Source: a candidate division FCPU426 bacterium (lineage in GTDB: Bacteria > Oederibacteriota > Muellerivitia > Muellerivitales > Muellerivitaceae). Taken from it: a DNA stretch of 64,000 nt. The notes beneath the pieces were generated by a model. It saw nothing but the letters and a program-made list of their open reading frames with translations. It made no database searches and was not told the origin of the DNA. Positions 17,078-27,973 of the stretch are shown in pieces. Within the stretch, counting starts at the first letter, position 1. Every line of letters begins with the position of its first letter. The DNA lies in assembly GCA_963738405.1 (NCBI GenBank), contig CAVTWJ010000023.1, positions 1 to 64,000 of the forward strand. Reading direction: 5' to 3'. The position numbers were made by a program, and so were the translations under genes.

Positions 17078-18537
17078 GGGCCCCCCCAGGTTTTAACGGT
17101 GGCGGTATTCACCGATTGGTTGGCGATAAGAATCAGGTCTTCCCCCAATTTCACCGGGTACCAATCGATTCCCTTCAACCCGATTTCACCCAAATCCCCC
17201 TTGTGGGCCAGGCAAAGAACCAGATCCTTTCCCCCAAAAAGAGGTTTTAACTCCGCCGGATCGGTAAAGACGGGCCCCGCGGCGTGGTCCGAAAAGAAAA
17301 GCAGGGCGTTATTGAGCGACCAATAATCTTCCCTCAGGGCCACAACCTGCGCCCCCTTTTCGGCGAAATGCTTCACATAGGGGGCGAGAATTCGGGTGTC
17401 TTTTTCACGGTCCCGATCCAACTGAATGGGAAGCAGATTGACGAGAAGAATCACGCCCACACAAAGCCCAAGCGCCGTATTCATCACCACCGTCCGGGGC
17501 CCCTGCCTTTGAAAGAGCTTGCCCATCCCCAGGGCTCCCGCCAGGGCCCAGGCGGGAAAGGCCTGGATCATGTAGAAAGGAAACTGAGTTTGCATCAGAG
17601 TCAGAAGAATCGGAAGGGTCAGGCCCCAGACCAATAAAAGCAGGCTGGTTTCTTTATCCTTAAATTCCCTTTTAATCAGCAGGAAAAAGCCGAACAAATA
17701 AAAGGGGAGCCAGGGCCAAAGGTAAGTGAAAAGGTCTTTCAAGAGGCTTAGATGATCCACCAGGGGAAGGTCGCTCCCCCCTATTTTTCCCATAATGATG
17801 AACTTGAGGTGCACATTCACAAAGTCTTGCCCCCCGGCCTGCCATTGGGTCCATACCCAGGCCCCGGCCATGGAGAGGAAGATCAGGACCCCGCCCCAAA
17901 GATAAGGATTGGTGAAGGTATTTTTCTTGCGCAAAATCACCAGAACCAAACCGGCCACCAGCGCCGGGTAGAGCCCAAAGGCGCTTTTGGTTAATACCGC
18001 CAGACCCACCCCCAAACCCCACAGCAGGTAATACCGGCTTTCGCCCTTGAGGGCCTTCAGAAACGCGTAAAGGGCAAGGGCGGTAAAAAAAGCCACCGTC
18101 ACATCCAACATGCAATGGCGGGAATATTTAAGAAAGAGGTAGTTGGCCGCAAGCAATAGGCCCGAAATTAAGCCCAGCCAGGACCCTGAAATTTCACGGC
18201 CCAGGCGGTAAACCAAAAGAACCGCCAGCAAGCCCATGAGGGCGGAGGGAAATTTAGAGGCAAAAACCCCCACGCCGAAAAGTTTGTCGGAAAGGGCCAC
18301 CAGCCACATGAAGAGGGGCGCGTTGTGAAACGAGGCCACATGGTTATAGTTTAAAACCTGCCATTGGCCCGTTTGCAGGATTTCCTTGCCTTCTTCGGCG
18401 TAAAAACAGTCGTCGTAGGTGGCCATGCCGTTTTGGCCTAAGCGGGTGAAGAAAAGAGTGACCGAGAAAAAAGTTAAAACCCAAAAGACCACCCTTTCAC
18501 GAAGGGCCATCCAAACGGGGATATCTTTTCGGCTCAA
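17065..18537 (-). CDS. ArnT/PMT-family (GT39/GT83-like) membrane glycosyltransferase
   Basis: Multi-TM; DD..Y, PLFMWL, LAVLTKS. Confidence 0.85.
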   Translation of the reverse strand: MSRKDIPVWMALRERVVFWVLTFFSVTLFFTRLGQNGMATYDDCFYAEEGKEILQTGQWQVLNYNHVASFHNAPLFMWLVALSDKLFGVGVFASKFPSALMGLLAVLLVYRLGREISGSWLGLISGLLLAANYLFLKYSRHCMLDVTVAFFTALALYAFLKALKGESRYYLLWGLGVGLAVLTKSAFGLYPALVAGLVLVILRKKNTFTNPYLWGGVLIFLSMAGAWVWTQWQAGGQDFVNVHLKFIIMGKIGGSDLPLVDHLSLLKDLFTYLWPWLPFYLFGFFLLIKREFKDKETSLLLLVWGLTLPILLTLMQTQFPFYMIQAFPAWALAGALGMGKLFQRQGPRTVVMNTALGLCVGVILLVNLLPIQLDRDREKDTRILAPYVKHFAEKGAQVVALREDYWSLNNALLFFSDHAAGPVFTDPAELKPLFGGKDLVLCLAHKGDLGEIGLKGIDWYPVKLGEDLILIANQSVNTATVKTWGGPWDD

Positions 18538-19280
18538 GGCTTTAGCCCTTTGAAGGGGCCGCCGGGGAAACCCATTTTTGCCAGGCGGAACTGCAGGGCC
18601 GTTTGGAGGCAGCCCAAGCCGTAAATGGAACTGCGCAGGAAGTTGATGGAGGAAGCTTCGGCGAAATATTTGGCCGGGCAGGTGACTTCGGCGATCTGGA
18701 AGCCCAAATAATGGATCTGCGAAAGCATTTGGTTGTCGAAGATGAAATCATCCGAATTCACGGCCATGGGCACCTTTTGAAGCACCTTTTTCGTGAAGCC
18801 CCGGTAGCCCGTGTGGTATTCGGAAAGCTTGGCCCCCATGAGCATATTTTGGGAAAGGGTCAAAAACCGGTTGCTGATGTATTTGTATAGGGGCATGCCC
18901 CCCTGGAGGGCCTGGCCGCCCAGGATGCGCGAACCCAAAACCACGTCGTAAAGCCCCGAGGCTAAAAGATAGGCCATGGGGGCGATAAGCTTGGGGGTGT
19001 ATTGGTAATCGGGGTGGAGCATGATGACAATATCGGCGCCATGCTTGAGGGCCGCCTCGTAGCAGGTTTTCTGGTTGCCCCCATAGCCCCGGTTCTTGGG
19101 GTGGACCAGCGTCTTAATTTTCAGCTTCTTGGCCAGCTTGGCGGTCTCATCACGGCTGGCATCGTCGACCAGGATGACTTCATCCACGATGTCCTTGGGG
19201 ATTTCATCGTAGGTTTGCTTCAAGGTCTTGGCGGCGTTATAGGCCGGCATGACCACGATGATTTTTTTCTTATGGATCAT
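18534..19280 (-). CDS. Glycosyltransferase family 2
   Basis: VVMPAYN, LVDDAS, NRGYGGNQK. Confidence 0.93.
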   Translation of the reverse strand: MIHKKKIIVVMPAYNAAKTLKQTYDEIPKDIVDEVILVDDASRDETAKLAKKLKIKTLVHPKNRGYGGNQKTCYEAALKHGADIVIMLHPDYQYTPKLIAPMAYLLASGLYDVVLGSRILGGQALQGGMPLYKYISNRFLTLSQNMLMGAKLSEYHTGYRGFTKKVLQKVPMAVNSDDFIFDNQMLSQIHYLGFQIAEVTCPAKYFAEASSINFLRSSIYGLGCLQTALQFRLAKMGFPGGPFKGLKP

Positions 19281-19894
19281 TTAAGTTCTTCCCTCATTAA
19301 TTTAGCGATTTCCGCCGAACCACTTCCTTCTTGTTCCAGGGCTTGAATGACCCTTTCCCGCTTTTCAACCGAATGGTTTTGGCTCAGTTTCCACTTCCCT
19401 TCGAGGCGGCTGATCTCGATCCGGAAACCCACGATCATTTTTACGAGTTTGTTGAAAAAATCCTCAGGTAGGGTCGCCATATCCCAGGGCTGGGGTTTGG
19501 AACCCTCGTAAAACCCGACCATCTTCCTCAAAATTTCGGAGTTTTCCCTTTCATCCGTCACGGGAACAAACTTGCCGTAAACATGCACCGAAACATAATT
19601 CCAGGTCGGAACCGATTCCAAAGCACCGTACCAGGAGGGTGATATATAGGCATGGGGGCCCTGGAAGATCATCAGCACTTCCTGGCCAACGAGGTCATTC
19701 CACTGGGGGTTGGCTTTGGCCATGTGGCTGAGCAGGGTTCCCTTTTCGCCCAGGTCCCGATCCACCAGGGCCGGCAGATGGCTGGCGGCCATATTCCCTT
19801 CTTTTTGGGAAACCAGGGTTCCAAAACTGTTCTTTTCAATGAAATCAAAAAGCTTGGAAGACTCCTCTTTCTTAAAGGACGCCGGGTTATACAT
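19277..19894 (-). CDS. PaiB-family FMN-binding negative transcriptional regulator
   Basis: HMAKANPQW, GPHAYISPSWY, VPTWNY, KLSQN. Confidence 0.92.
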   Translation of the reverse strand: MYNPASFKKEESSKLFDFIEKNSFGTLVSQKEGNMAASHLPALVDRDLGEKGTLLSHMAKANPQWNDLVGQEVLMIFQGPHAYISPSWYGALESVPTWNYVSVHVYGKFVPVTDERENSEILRKMVGFYEGSKPQPWDMATLPEDFFNKLVKMIVGFRIEISRLEGKWKLSQNHSVEKRERVIQALEQEGSGSAEIAKLMREELK

Positions 19895-19915
19895 TAAGAA
19901 TTTCTTTCGACTGAA

Positions 19916-20182
19916 TTAATTGGAAGATTTCAACAACCGGATACCCACTAACAAAACCACCGCCCCCAGCACGTACATGCCGAAGGTTCCCAGCCAGCCC
20001 TGCACGGAGATATGAAAAAAGTCCGCGAGAAACCCGCTTAACAGGGCGCCCAGGATGCCCACCACCATGTCCGGAATAAGACCCATGCCCTTGCCCTGCA
20101 CGAGCTTGCTGGCGATCCAGCCGGTAATAATACCCACCACTACGATGCCGATCAGGCTGTGCATATCGTGCCAGTTTCCCAT
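19916..20182 (-). CDS. GlsB/YeaQ/YmgE-family membrane protein
   Basis: GIITGWIASKLV..G.G...VVGILGA. Confidence 0.88.
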   Translation of the reverse strand: MGNWHDMHSLIGIVVVGIITGWIASKLVQGKGMGLIPDMVVGILGALLSGFLADFFHISVQGWLGTFGMYVLGAVVLLVGIRLLKSSN

Positions 20183-20247
20183 GTGCCCCTCCTTGGACCG
20201 TCTTAAGTTGATTTTAGCCTTTTTGGGTGTCAGGAACCCAGACGGAG

Positions 20248-21030
20248 CTAGCGAACAGCCCTTAAAACCTGTGAATGGACCAACCCATTGCTGGATAAAG
20301 CGTTTCCCCCATGAAGGGTCTTTTGGCCTGAAAGATCGGTGAACTTTCCCCCCGCCTCTTCCACGCAAATCTGGATGGCCGCCACGTCGTAGGGTTTTAC
20401 CACCGGGTCCAGCATGGCTTCCACCTGGCCCTGGATGACTAAGCTATGGCCGAAACAATCCCCAAAGCCCCGGTCGTCGTAACAGGCGGCGATCAGATCG
20501 GTTAACCTTTTGCGGTAGCTTTTGGGGGTCAGGCGTAAACCCCCGTAAGTCAGGGTTCCCCCCTTGAGATGGGGAATTTTGGAAACTCGAACCCGTTCGC
20601 CGTTGGCGTAACAGCCCTGCCCCTTAGACGCCCAGAGGGTGAGCTTGAGGGCTGGGTGGTGAATCACCCCGGCCACCACTTCCCCCTTATATTCCAGGGC
20701 GATCAGGGTGCCCCAAAAGGGAAGGCCCCGGATAAATAGGCGGGTTCCATCCACGGGATCGATCCACCAGCGAAAATCGCTTTGGACCTTCTCATCCCAG
20801 CCAAATTCCTCGCCGCAAAGCTGGTGGGCGGGGTAAGCCTTGCCCAGGATTCCCCGGATCACCTTTTCCGCCTCCCGGTCGGCCCGGGTGACCGGCGAAC
20901 GGTCGATTTTTTGGATAACGGGCACATTGGTTTTGAAATATTTCAAGGCATGGCTGCCTCCCGCAAAAGCCGCCTTGCGGGCGGTGAGGAGGAACCCTTG
21001 TAACTGCCGGGGGGAAAGAATGGATTTCAC
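20248..21030 (-). CDS. Inositol monophosphatase family (HisN-like)
   Basis: PVTRADREAE, GEEFG, WIDPVDGT, RGFGD. Confidence 0.9.
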   Translation of the reverse strand: MKSILSPRQLQGFLLTARKAAFAGGSHALKYFKTNVPVIQKIDRSPVTRADREAEKVIRGILGKAYPAHQLCGEEFGWDEKVQSDFRWWIDPVDGTRLFIRGLPFWGTLIALEYKGEVVAGVIHHPALKLTLWASKGQGCYANGERVRVSKIPHLKGGTLTYGGLRLTPKSYRKRLTDLIAACYDDRGFGDCFGHSLVIQGQVEAMLDPVVKPYDVAAIQICVEEAGGKFTDLSGQKTLHGGNALSSNGLVHSQVLRAVR

Positions 21031-21065
21031 CTGTGCATTGTAGTGTGGCGGGAAAGGCCCGAAAA

Positions 21066-21105
21066 CAAAAAAGGCGCCCCTTGATGGAATCTTGGGCGCC
21101 TTTTT
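21066..21105. terminator. Intrinsic terminator
   Basis: AAAAAGGCGCCC...GGGCGCCTTTTT. Confidence 0.7.
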
Positions 21106-21146
21106 AAGTCTTTAAATGTTCAACGTTGGAGGGGTTTAAAACCCCT

Positions 21147-21566
21147 TTACATCATCACCTTGCCCTTGAGATTGATGCTCTTTTTGTCGCTGCCCGTTCC
21201 CACCGAGGCCTTGCCGGGGAACAACAAGTTTCCGTTATAAACCGTCCCCTTCACTTCGACCGTTTTTCCCACGTAATCCATGAAGGTGTCCGAGGGAAAG
21301 ATCAAAAGATAAAGCTTGTCGCCCACCAAAAGCCCGGCGGGCAGGCCCTGCCTCAGGCAAGTCTTTCCGCATCCTTTCATGTCATCATGGTCGTCGTTCG
21401 TGTCCCCTTCCTTCAGGTAGCAATTGACGTCAACCAAGGTGCCCTTCAAGGTCGTTTCCATGCCTTTGGGAGCGGCGGCGGCGGTGGTATCGGCCGCCGA
21501 AACTTTTTGCCCCAAAAGAAGGGCGCCCAAAACCGCCAAAGCCAAAATCCATTTTTTCATTACCAT
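21147..21566 (-). CDS. Exported hypothetical protein
   Basis: Signal peptide; GTLVDVNCY...C..C...G.PAGL. Confidence 0.8.
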   Translation of the reverse strand: MVMKKWILALAVLGALLLGQKVSAADTTAAAAPKGMETTLKGTLVDVNCYLKEGDTNDDHDDMKGCGKTCLRQGLPAGLLVGDKLYLLIFPSDTFMDYVGKTVEVKGTVYNGNLLFPGKASVGTGSDKKSINLKGKVMM

Positions 21567-21626
21567 GTCTCCTTAAATAAAATTCCGATTCACACACATG
21601 ATTACAACCTGGAAGGCTAAAAGGTT

Positions 21627-22103
21627 TCAAGTGAGGGCAAGTATTTCTTCCTGCGCGCCGGGATAAGACCTTAGGAGTTCCTGGCGGTCGGCGAATTGCA
21701 GGTCCGAAAACTCGAACCCCGGGGCCACCGTGGTGCCCATCAGGCAATATTTGCCCTCCGGGGCCAAGCGGCCCGCGAACCAGGTGCCCGCCGGAACCAC
21801 CATTTGAAGCACCTCGCCCTTTTTGAGGTCCTTCCCCAAAACCACTTTTTTCATCCGCTTCTCGGGGGTCAGCCAAACCCATTGGGAGGCATCGCCCTGG
21901 TAAAAATGAAAAATCTCATCTGAATTAAGCCGGTGAAATTTGGAAACCGACCCGGGAATAAGCATGTAATAGATGGCGGTGGAATAGACCTTGGGGGGAT
22001 TAAAACCCGGAATCGCCGAAGGCCCCCGGTAGGTTTCCCGGTAGTAGCCGCCCTCCGGATGGGGCTGTAAATCCAGCAGGCGGATCAGTTCCTCGGCGGT
22101 CAA
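21627..22103 (-). CDS. Cupin_5 (DUF985) protein; start approximate
   Basis: LQPHPEGGYYRETY, TVAPGFEFSD. Confidence 0.9.
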   Translation of the reverse strand: MTAEELIRLLDLQPHPEGGYYRETYRGPSAIPGFNPPKVYSTAIYYMLIPGSVSKFHRLNSDEIFHFYQGDASQWVWLTPEKRMKKVVLGKDLKKGEVLQMVVPAGTWFAGRLAPEGKYCLMGTTVAPGFEFSDLQFADRQELLRSYPGAQEEILALT

Positions 22104-22107
22104 GGTT

Positions 22108-23204
22108 TCATATCCCGAAAGAAATTCCGATTTTTTTGGCGGCGAGGACCAGTTCATGATTCACGGGAACGGTGCGGATTTTTCCGCCCACCTGGGAAAG
22201 GGGCACGGAGGTCAATTCCCCTTTTTGCAATGCCACCATGCGCCCAAACCGGCCCTGAAGCGCCATTTCCATGGCCTTCACCCCGAAACGGGTGGCCAGC
22301 ACCCGGTCAAACGATGTGGGGGTTCCCCCCGCACCACATGGCCGAGGACCACCGAGCGGGTTTCGATGCCGGTCAGGTTTTCCAGGTGGTCGGCCAGCTG
22401 TTTGCCGATTCCCCCCAGGCGGATTTTCTCAGGGGAGTTTTCAACCCTGCGGTCCACCACGAGGCGCCCCTTGCGGGGATGGGCCCCTTCGGCCACCACG
22501 ATGATGCTGCTGTTTTTCCCCAGATGGTGGCGGTTGCGGACGACTTCGGCCACTTTTTTTTCGTCATAGCCGATTTCGGGAATTAGGATGACGTCCGCTC
22601 CCCCCGCCAAACCGGAACGCAGGGCCAGCCAGCCGGCGTACCGCCCCATGACCTCCACGACGCAGGCCCGGTGGTGGGAGGCCGCGGTGGTATGGAGCCG
22701 GTCGATGGCCTCGGTCGCCACCGACACCGCCGTGTCATGCCCGAAAGTTTGTTCCGTGCCCACCAAATCATTGTCGATGGTTTTGGGCACGCCTACGATT
22801 TTCACGCCTATTTTGGAGAAATGATGGGAGATGGTCATGGAGCCGTCGCCGCCCAGAACCACTAGGGCGTCCAGGCCCCAATTTTTGATGTTCCGGAGGG
22901 CCTCGCCGCTTTTGTTAACCGTGCGGATCTTGCCAGCGGGGCCCTTCTCGAACATGCCGAAGGGATTGTCCTTGTTGGAGGAACCCAGAATGGTCCCTCC
23001 CAAGGTCAAAATGTTGGACACGCTTCCGGCATCCAGGGGCTCGGCGGAACCTTCCACCGTCCCCAAAAAACCATCCCGAATGCCCAGGACCTCGACCCCT
23101 TCCCGAAGGGCGGATTTGACCACCGCCCGGATGACCGCGTTTAAACCCGGGCAGTCCCCTCCGGCCGTGATGATGCCGATGCGTTTAATAGAGGTCGAGG
23201 CCAT
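22108..23204 (-). pseudogene. pfkA: 6-phosphofructokinase with a single frameshift near 22325-22330
   Basis: GGDCPGLN, PKTIDND, EVMGR; C-terminus (RVLATRFG) is in another frame. Confidence 0.88.
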
Positions 23205-23216
23205 GTGGTTTGGGGG

Positions 23217-23726
23217 TTATTGCACGCCCAGTAATTCGACATCGAAGATCAGGGTCGCGCCGGGAGGAATCACCCCGCCCGCGCCGCGTTCGCCGTAGCC
23301 CAGATCGGGGGGAATGGTCAGCTTGCGCTTCTCGCCGATTTTCATGCCCGCCACGCCCTCGTCCCATCCCTTGATGACATTGCCCGCACCCAAGGTGAAT
23401 TCAAAAGGCTGTTTCCGGTCCACCGAGCTGTCAAACTTGGTGCCGTCGGTCAACCAGCCGGTGTAATGCACCGAGACCTGTTCCCCAGCCTTGGCCGTTT
23501 TGCCCTTGCCCTCTTTCAAAATCTCGTATTTGAGTCCGGATGGTGTTGTGACCATTTTGTGCGCCGCCTTTGCTTTTTTGGGGGCCGGCGTGGAAACAGG
23601 CGTGGAAGCCTGACCCACGGCAGGGGTCTGCGCGACCGAAGTCTGGCCTTGAGCCCTTGATAATGAAACGACCCCAAACATCACAGCGACAGCCATGATT
23701 TCCTTCAATCCTAAACGAAAACGCAT
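23217..23726 (-). CDS. FKBP-type peptidyl-prolyl isomerase, exported
   Basis: [27 protein letters not shown]. Confidence 0.96.
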   Translation of the reverse strand: MRFRLGLKEIMAVAVMFGVVSLSRAQGQTSVAQTPAVGQASTPVSTPAPKKAKAAHKMVTTPSGLKYEILKEGKGKTAKAGEQVSVHYTGWLTDGTKFDSSVDRKQPFEFTLGAGNVIKGWDEGVAGMKIGEKRKLTIPPDLGYGERGAGGVIPPGATLIFDVELLGVQ

Positions 23727-23824
23727 TTCTTCCTCCTCATCGAACGGTTCATTGAAACGGACAAGATTATAGCCGATGGAAGGAAATGTTAAAGCGCCGG
23801 TTAGGAGTCGGCGGGGCTGAAATT

Positions 23825-24049
23825 TTAGGGGGCGACCTTAATATTGTTGGTGACCTCGCGGACACCCGGCATTCCCTTGACGGAACTTACAATTTCCCGC
23901 TTGATGGAATATTCATCCGCCGTCCCCGAAAGGGTCACGTGGCCCCCCTTCGCGGAAACACGCAGGTTATTGCCCATGCTCCTGATGGAGCGGAGGATTT
24001 CCGCCTCCATTTCAACATCCTTAGGATTTGACGGCATTTGGTAGGACAT
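23825..24049 (-). CDS. BON-domain protein
   Basis: GHVTLSG...[10 protein letters not shown]. Confidence 0.85.
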   Translation of the reverse strand: MSYQMPSNPKDVEMEAEILRSIRSMGNNLRVSAKGGHVTLSGTADEYSIKREIVSSVKGMPGVREVTNNIKVAP

Positions 24050-24139
24050 GTCGAACCTCCCCTTGGGATGGGCTTCATCCCTCATTTAATTTTACCCCTC
24101 CGCATCCGCGTTCACGCCCTAGGAGGAGGGGTTAAAGGG

Positions 24140-24952
24140 TTAGTCCTTTTCCGGGTAGGTTTTCGCGATTTCTTCCACTTGGGCCTCGGTCAGGCCCTGG
24201 GGGTTTACCCCCGTATTCTTGCAAAGCAGGTAGAGGGTGGCGGCCTTGTTCATGGCATCCACCAGGTCAAAGGCCTTGTAGGGGTCTTCCCCCACGGCCA
24301 GGGCCCCGTGTTTTTCCCACATCACCACCTTGAAGCCCTGTTCCAATACCTTGATGGTTTGATCGGCCAATTGGGTGGAACCCGTCAGGGCATAGGGCAC
24401 CAGCCCCACCCCTTGGGGCACGAATAATTTGGCCTCGGGGATCATGCTCCAAAGGGCACGGCAGAGGTTCTTCTGGTTGTTGGTTTCGGGCAGATGGGTC
24501 AAGGCGATCAATTCATTGGGATGGGTATGGACCACGACCTTGAGCTTGCCGCCACGCCCTAAGAGCGCCTTTTGCATTTGAAGATGGGAGGCCAATTCGG
24601 AAGTCGGTTTGAACCCTTCCCCTTTACCGCCCCAAAGCACCTGGTAGCCCTTTAAATCTTCCGAGGGGCGCAGGAGGCAAAGGCAAATTTCCGGTTCCCT
24701 TTCGATGTCGCGGTAGCGGACCCCCGTGCCGGTGATAAGGAAAGATCGACCACCCACGCCCTCGGGGATGACATCGGATTGGAAGTAGGAAGATTTGGAA
24801 CCCTTTTCTTTTTTCCCGGAGAGAAGGCCGGTCACGTCGTAGGAAAGGTTGCCCGCGTTTTTTTCGGCCCATCCTTTTTGCCAGAGAAACTGGCCGACTT
24901 CCGCGATTTGGCGGACGGCTTTTTTAAGGGGCGGATTTAATGAAGGGGACAT
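24140..24952 (-). CDS. rhaD: Rhamnulose-1-phosphate aldolase-like class II aldolase
   Basis: GWAEKNAGNLS, PTSELASH, HTHP, WEKHG. Confidence 0.85.
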   Translation of the reverse strand: MSPSLNPPLKKAVRQIAEVGQFLWQKGWAEKNAGNLSYDVTGLLSGKKEKGSKSSYFQSDVIPEGVGGRSFLITGTGVRYRDIEREPEICLCLLRPSEDLKGYQVLWGGKGEGFKPTSELASHLQMQKALLGRGGKLKVVVHTHPNELIALTHLPETNNQKNLCRALWSMIPEAKLFVPQGVGLVPYALTGSTQLADQTIKVLEQGFKVVMWEKHGALAVGEDPYKAFDLVDAMNKAATLYLLCKNTGVNPQGLTEAQVEEIAKTYPEKD

Positions 24953-25084
24953 GGGGTTCTCCAGAATGAAAAGGCTTTCGAAAGGGATTATAGCAATATC
25001 CGTTCTTGTCACGCGCGTTGGTTCCGGGGTTTAAGGCGCTCAAGTTGACACACTTATAGGGCCTCCCTAAGATGCAACGCCTAT

Positions 25085-26104
25085 ATGGAACAAGCCCTCC
25101 AAGTTGAAAATTTATCCAAAACCTACCGCCGCCGCAAACGACAGGCAGGACTTTTAGGCGCGGTCAAGGCCCTTTTCGGGGGAGAAGAGGAAGAACTGCG
25201 CGCGGTTCAATCCCTTAACTTTTCCATCCGCAGGGGAGAGCGGGTTGGGTTGATCGGCGAAAACGGGGCTGGCAAATCCACCACCCTCAAGATGCTCACC
25301 GGCATCCTGGTCCCCACCGAGGGCAAACTGGAAGTCTTGGGGCGGGTTCCCTGGAAGGAAAGACGCCAGTTGGCGCTGAATATCGGGGTGGTCTTCGGCC
25401 AGCGGCCCCAACTGCTGTGGGATATACCGGTTCAGGAAACCTTTGAGCTTCTGCGCACCATGTACCGCATCCCCAAGGACACCTACGAGGCCATCTACGG
25501 CGAGGCGGTCAAACGCCTAAGCTTGGGCCCCCTCTTGAGCACCCCGGTCCGCCAGCTTTCACTGGGCCAGCGCATGCGCTGCGACCTGGCCGCCGCACTT
25601 TTGCACGCCCCGGCGGTGGTCTTTTTGGATGAACCCACCATTGGTTTGGATTTATCAGTGAAGGAACAGGTTCGGGAATTTATCACCGACATCCAGGAAA
25701 AATTCGGCATCACCCTGCTGATGACCACCCACGACTTGAAGGATATCACCGAAACCTGCGACCGGTTATTGCTGTTGGACAAGGGCAAGCTGCTTTTTGA
25801 CGGCTCTATTAGCGACTTCGAGAAGGAATATGCCAGCGACCGGCGTATCGTGGCGGAACTGCACAAGCCCATCACGCCCGAGGAAAAAAAGACCTTGGGC
25901 GAGGAAACCGCCCGTCTGGGAGGCACCCTCAAGGAGGCCGAAGGCTGTCGATTGGTGATTGAGCACAAAGACGAATCCTCTGCCCCGCCCCTGATCCAGA
26001 TGCTGTTGAGCCGGCTTCAAGTAGTGGATTTGAACCTGGAAAAGACCGATATTGAAACCATCGTGACCCGCATCTACCGCAGACCGGGCGAGGGCCTTCA
26101 ATGA
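25085..26104 (+). CDS. ABC transporter ATP-binding protein
   Basis: GENGAGKST, LSLGQR, LDEPT. Confidence 0.95.
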   Translation: MEQALQVENLSKTYRRRKRQAGLLGAVKALFGGEEEELRAVQSLNFSIRRGERVGLIGENGAGKSTTLKMLTGILVPTEGKLEVLGRVPWKERRQLALNIGVVFGQRPQLLWDIPVQETFELLRTMYRIPKDTYEAIYGEAVKRLSLGPLLSTPVRQLSLGQRMRCDLAAALLHAPAVVFLDEPTIGLDLSVKEQVREFITDIQEKFGITLLMTTHDLKDITETCDRLLLLDKGKLLFDGSISDFEKEYASDRRIVAELHKPITPEEKKTLGEETARLGGTLKEAEGCRLVIEHKDESSAPPLIQMLLSRLQVVDLNLEKTDIETIVTRIYRRPGEGLQ

Positions 26105-26937
26105 CCCACCGGCCCCTCGCGGCACCCCTATCCTTCAGCGAAAACCTGAACAGCTACCTTTCTTATTTAAACCGGGCACTGAAAGCCAACTTCGCCTACA
26201 AAAGTTCAACTCTCTTGGGTCTTTTTACGGGCGCCCTGACCTACGGCATTACCGTTTTGGTCTGGCGCCACGTTTATTCCCAGAACGGCACCGCCCGGAC
26301 CCTTTCCGCCAACGAAATGTTTTCTTATCTGGCCCTGGCCTTTTGCTTTAACTTCGCCATGAACATCAATATCGACCAGCGGGTGGGCCAAAGGATTCGC
26401 CTGGGGTTGATCGCGACGGATCTTTTAAAGCCTTTGGATTTTCAGCTGACCCAGGCCGTCCAGGCCTTGAGCGACAGCCTTTTCAACGGATTTGTGGGGC
26501 TGGGTGTTTTGGCGGTGATTTATACGGTTCTGGGCCCCGCCATATTGCCAAAAAACTTTGCCTGCCTCGCGCTTTTTCTGGTCAGCGGATTTCTGGCCTT
26601 TGTGGTGCAATATTCCATCGTGTTTCTTTTTATCCAGGGCGCCTTCTTTACCTACAGCGGTTACGGATTGTTCGCTTCCCGCATCGCCCTGCACCAAACC
26701 TTTTCCGGCCTGCAGGCCCCCTTGATGCTTTACCCGCCCATTCTTCTTTCAATCGGCCGGTGGCTTCCCTTTCAGCACATCATCTACACCCCCCTCTCCA
26801 TATATACCGGAAGGGTGGAAGGCCCCCAGGCCCTGCAGCTACTGGGCGAACAGGCCCTCTGGGCGCTGGGCCTCTATATCGTGGGTCATTACACCCTGCG
26901 CAAAGCACTGGGACAGTTGGAAATCCAAGGCGGCTAG
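26101..26937 (+). CDS. ABC-2 family permease
   Basis: Multi-TM, IATDLLKP, ends in IQGG. Confidence 0.88.
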   Translation: MTHRPLAAPLSFSENLNSYLSYLNRALKANFAYKSSTLLGLFTGALTYGITVLVWRHVYSQNGTARTLSANEMFSYLALAFCFNFAMNINIDQRVGQRIRLGLIATDLLKPLDFQLTQAVQALSDSLFNGFVGLGVLAVIYTVLGPAILPKNFACLALFLVSGFLAFVVQYSIVFLFIQGAFFTYSGYGLFASRIALHQTFSGLQAPLMLYPPILLSIGRWLPFQHIIYTPLSIYTGRVEGPQALQLLGEQALWALGLYIVGHYTLRKALGQLEIQGG

Positions 26938-26992
26938 CGGTCTTTCGACCGTTTATGTTTTGCCGCTTCTCATCCTTACGAAAGGAGAACCA

Positions 26993-27778
26993 ATGACTGA
27001 AGAACTTAAAATCTACTGGGCCACCTTCAAGGCTTCCCTCCAGGCCAAGCTTGAATACAAACTCGACTTATTTTTAGGGATCCTGACTTCCACCATGCTT
27101 CAACTGGCGGCCCTAGGTTTCTTGTGGGTGGTCTTTCACCAGACCCAAAATCTTCAAGGCTGGACCCAGCCCCAGGTGGTCTTTCTATTCGGACTGACCG
27201 CCATGGGCTTGGGCGGCTCGGAACTTTTCTTCAACCACATTTGGATGGTGCCCTATTACATCGTGATGGGCGATCTGGATCGGTTGATGGTCTATCCGGT
27301 CCGGTCCCTTCCCTTTCTTCTGATTTCGCGCCCCGAATTGCATTCTTTTGGAAACCTCACCACCGGCGTCCTATTGACCGGTTGGTCCTTGTGGAAACTT
27401 CAGCTGCCTTGGACCGATTGGTTGATGGTTCCCATTTGGGCCCTGAGCGGCTCCATTATTTACACCTCGGCGCTGGTGGCCTTTACCAGCCTCTCGTTCA
27501 AATTTATGGGGCCTTACAGCTATACCCTGATGATTCCCCACACCCTGCTTCAGGCCAGCCGCTACCCCTTGAGCATTTACCCGGGGTGGGTGCATTTTAT
27601 TCTTTTGTTTCTGGTGCCCTTTGGGGCTTTTAATTATTTACCCGGAAGCTGGGTGATGGGAAAGATGACTTCCCCCCTTTTAGCCCTGGCCGCTCCCCTG
27701 GCGGCCATCCTTTTCGCGTGGATCGCCCAAACCGCCTGGGAATGGGGTTTGCGCCAGTACCAAAGCACCGGGTCCTAA
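26993..27778 (+). CDS. ABC-2 family permease
   Basis: GDLDRLMVYP, YPLSIY, ends in YQSTGS. Confidence 0.88.
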   Translation: MTEELKIYWATFKASLQAKLEYKLDLFLGILTSTMLQLAALGFLWVVFHQTQNLQGWTQPQVVFLFGLTAMGLGGSELFFNHIWMVPYYIVMGDLDRLMVYPVRSLPFLLISRPELHSFGNLTTGVLLTGWSLWKLQLPWTDWLMVPIWALSGSIIYTSALVAFTSLSFKFMGPYSYTLMIPHTLLQASRYPLSIYPGWVHFILLFLVPFGAFNYLPGSWVMGKMTSPLLALAAPLAAILFAWIAQTAWEWGLRQYQSTGS

Positions 27779-27973
27779 CTCCCTTTCACCTATCCGCAAA
27801 CAAAAAAACGCCCGGGAAATAAACCCCGGGCGTTGTTCGTCATATAACTTGTCCATAACCTACGCTTCAAATACCTGAAGGGGGGTCGAACCCTTTTCCC
27901 TTCTACCTTCTAGATGGAAATGGGGAGTTTTTATTCCAAACTATTTTTATTTTTTATCGTTTAGGAACGAGGA

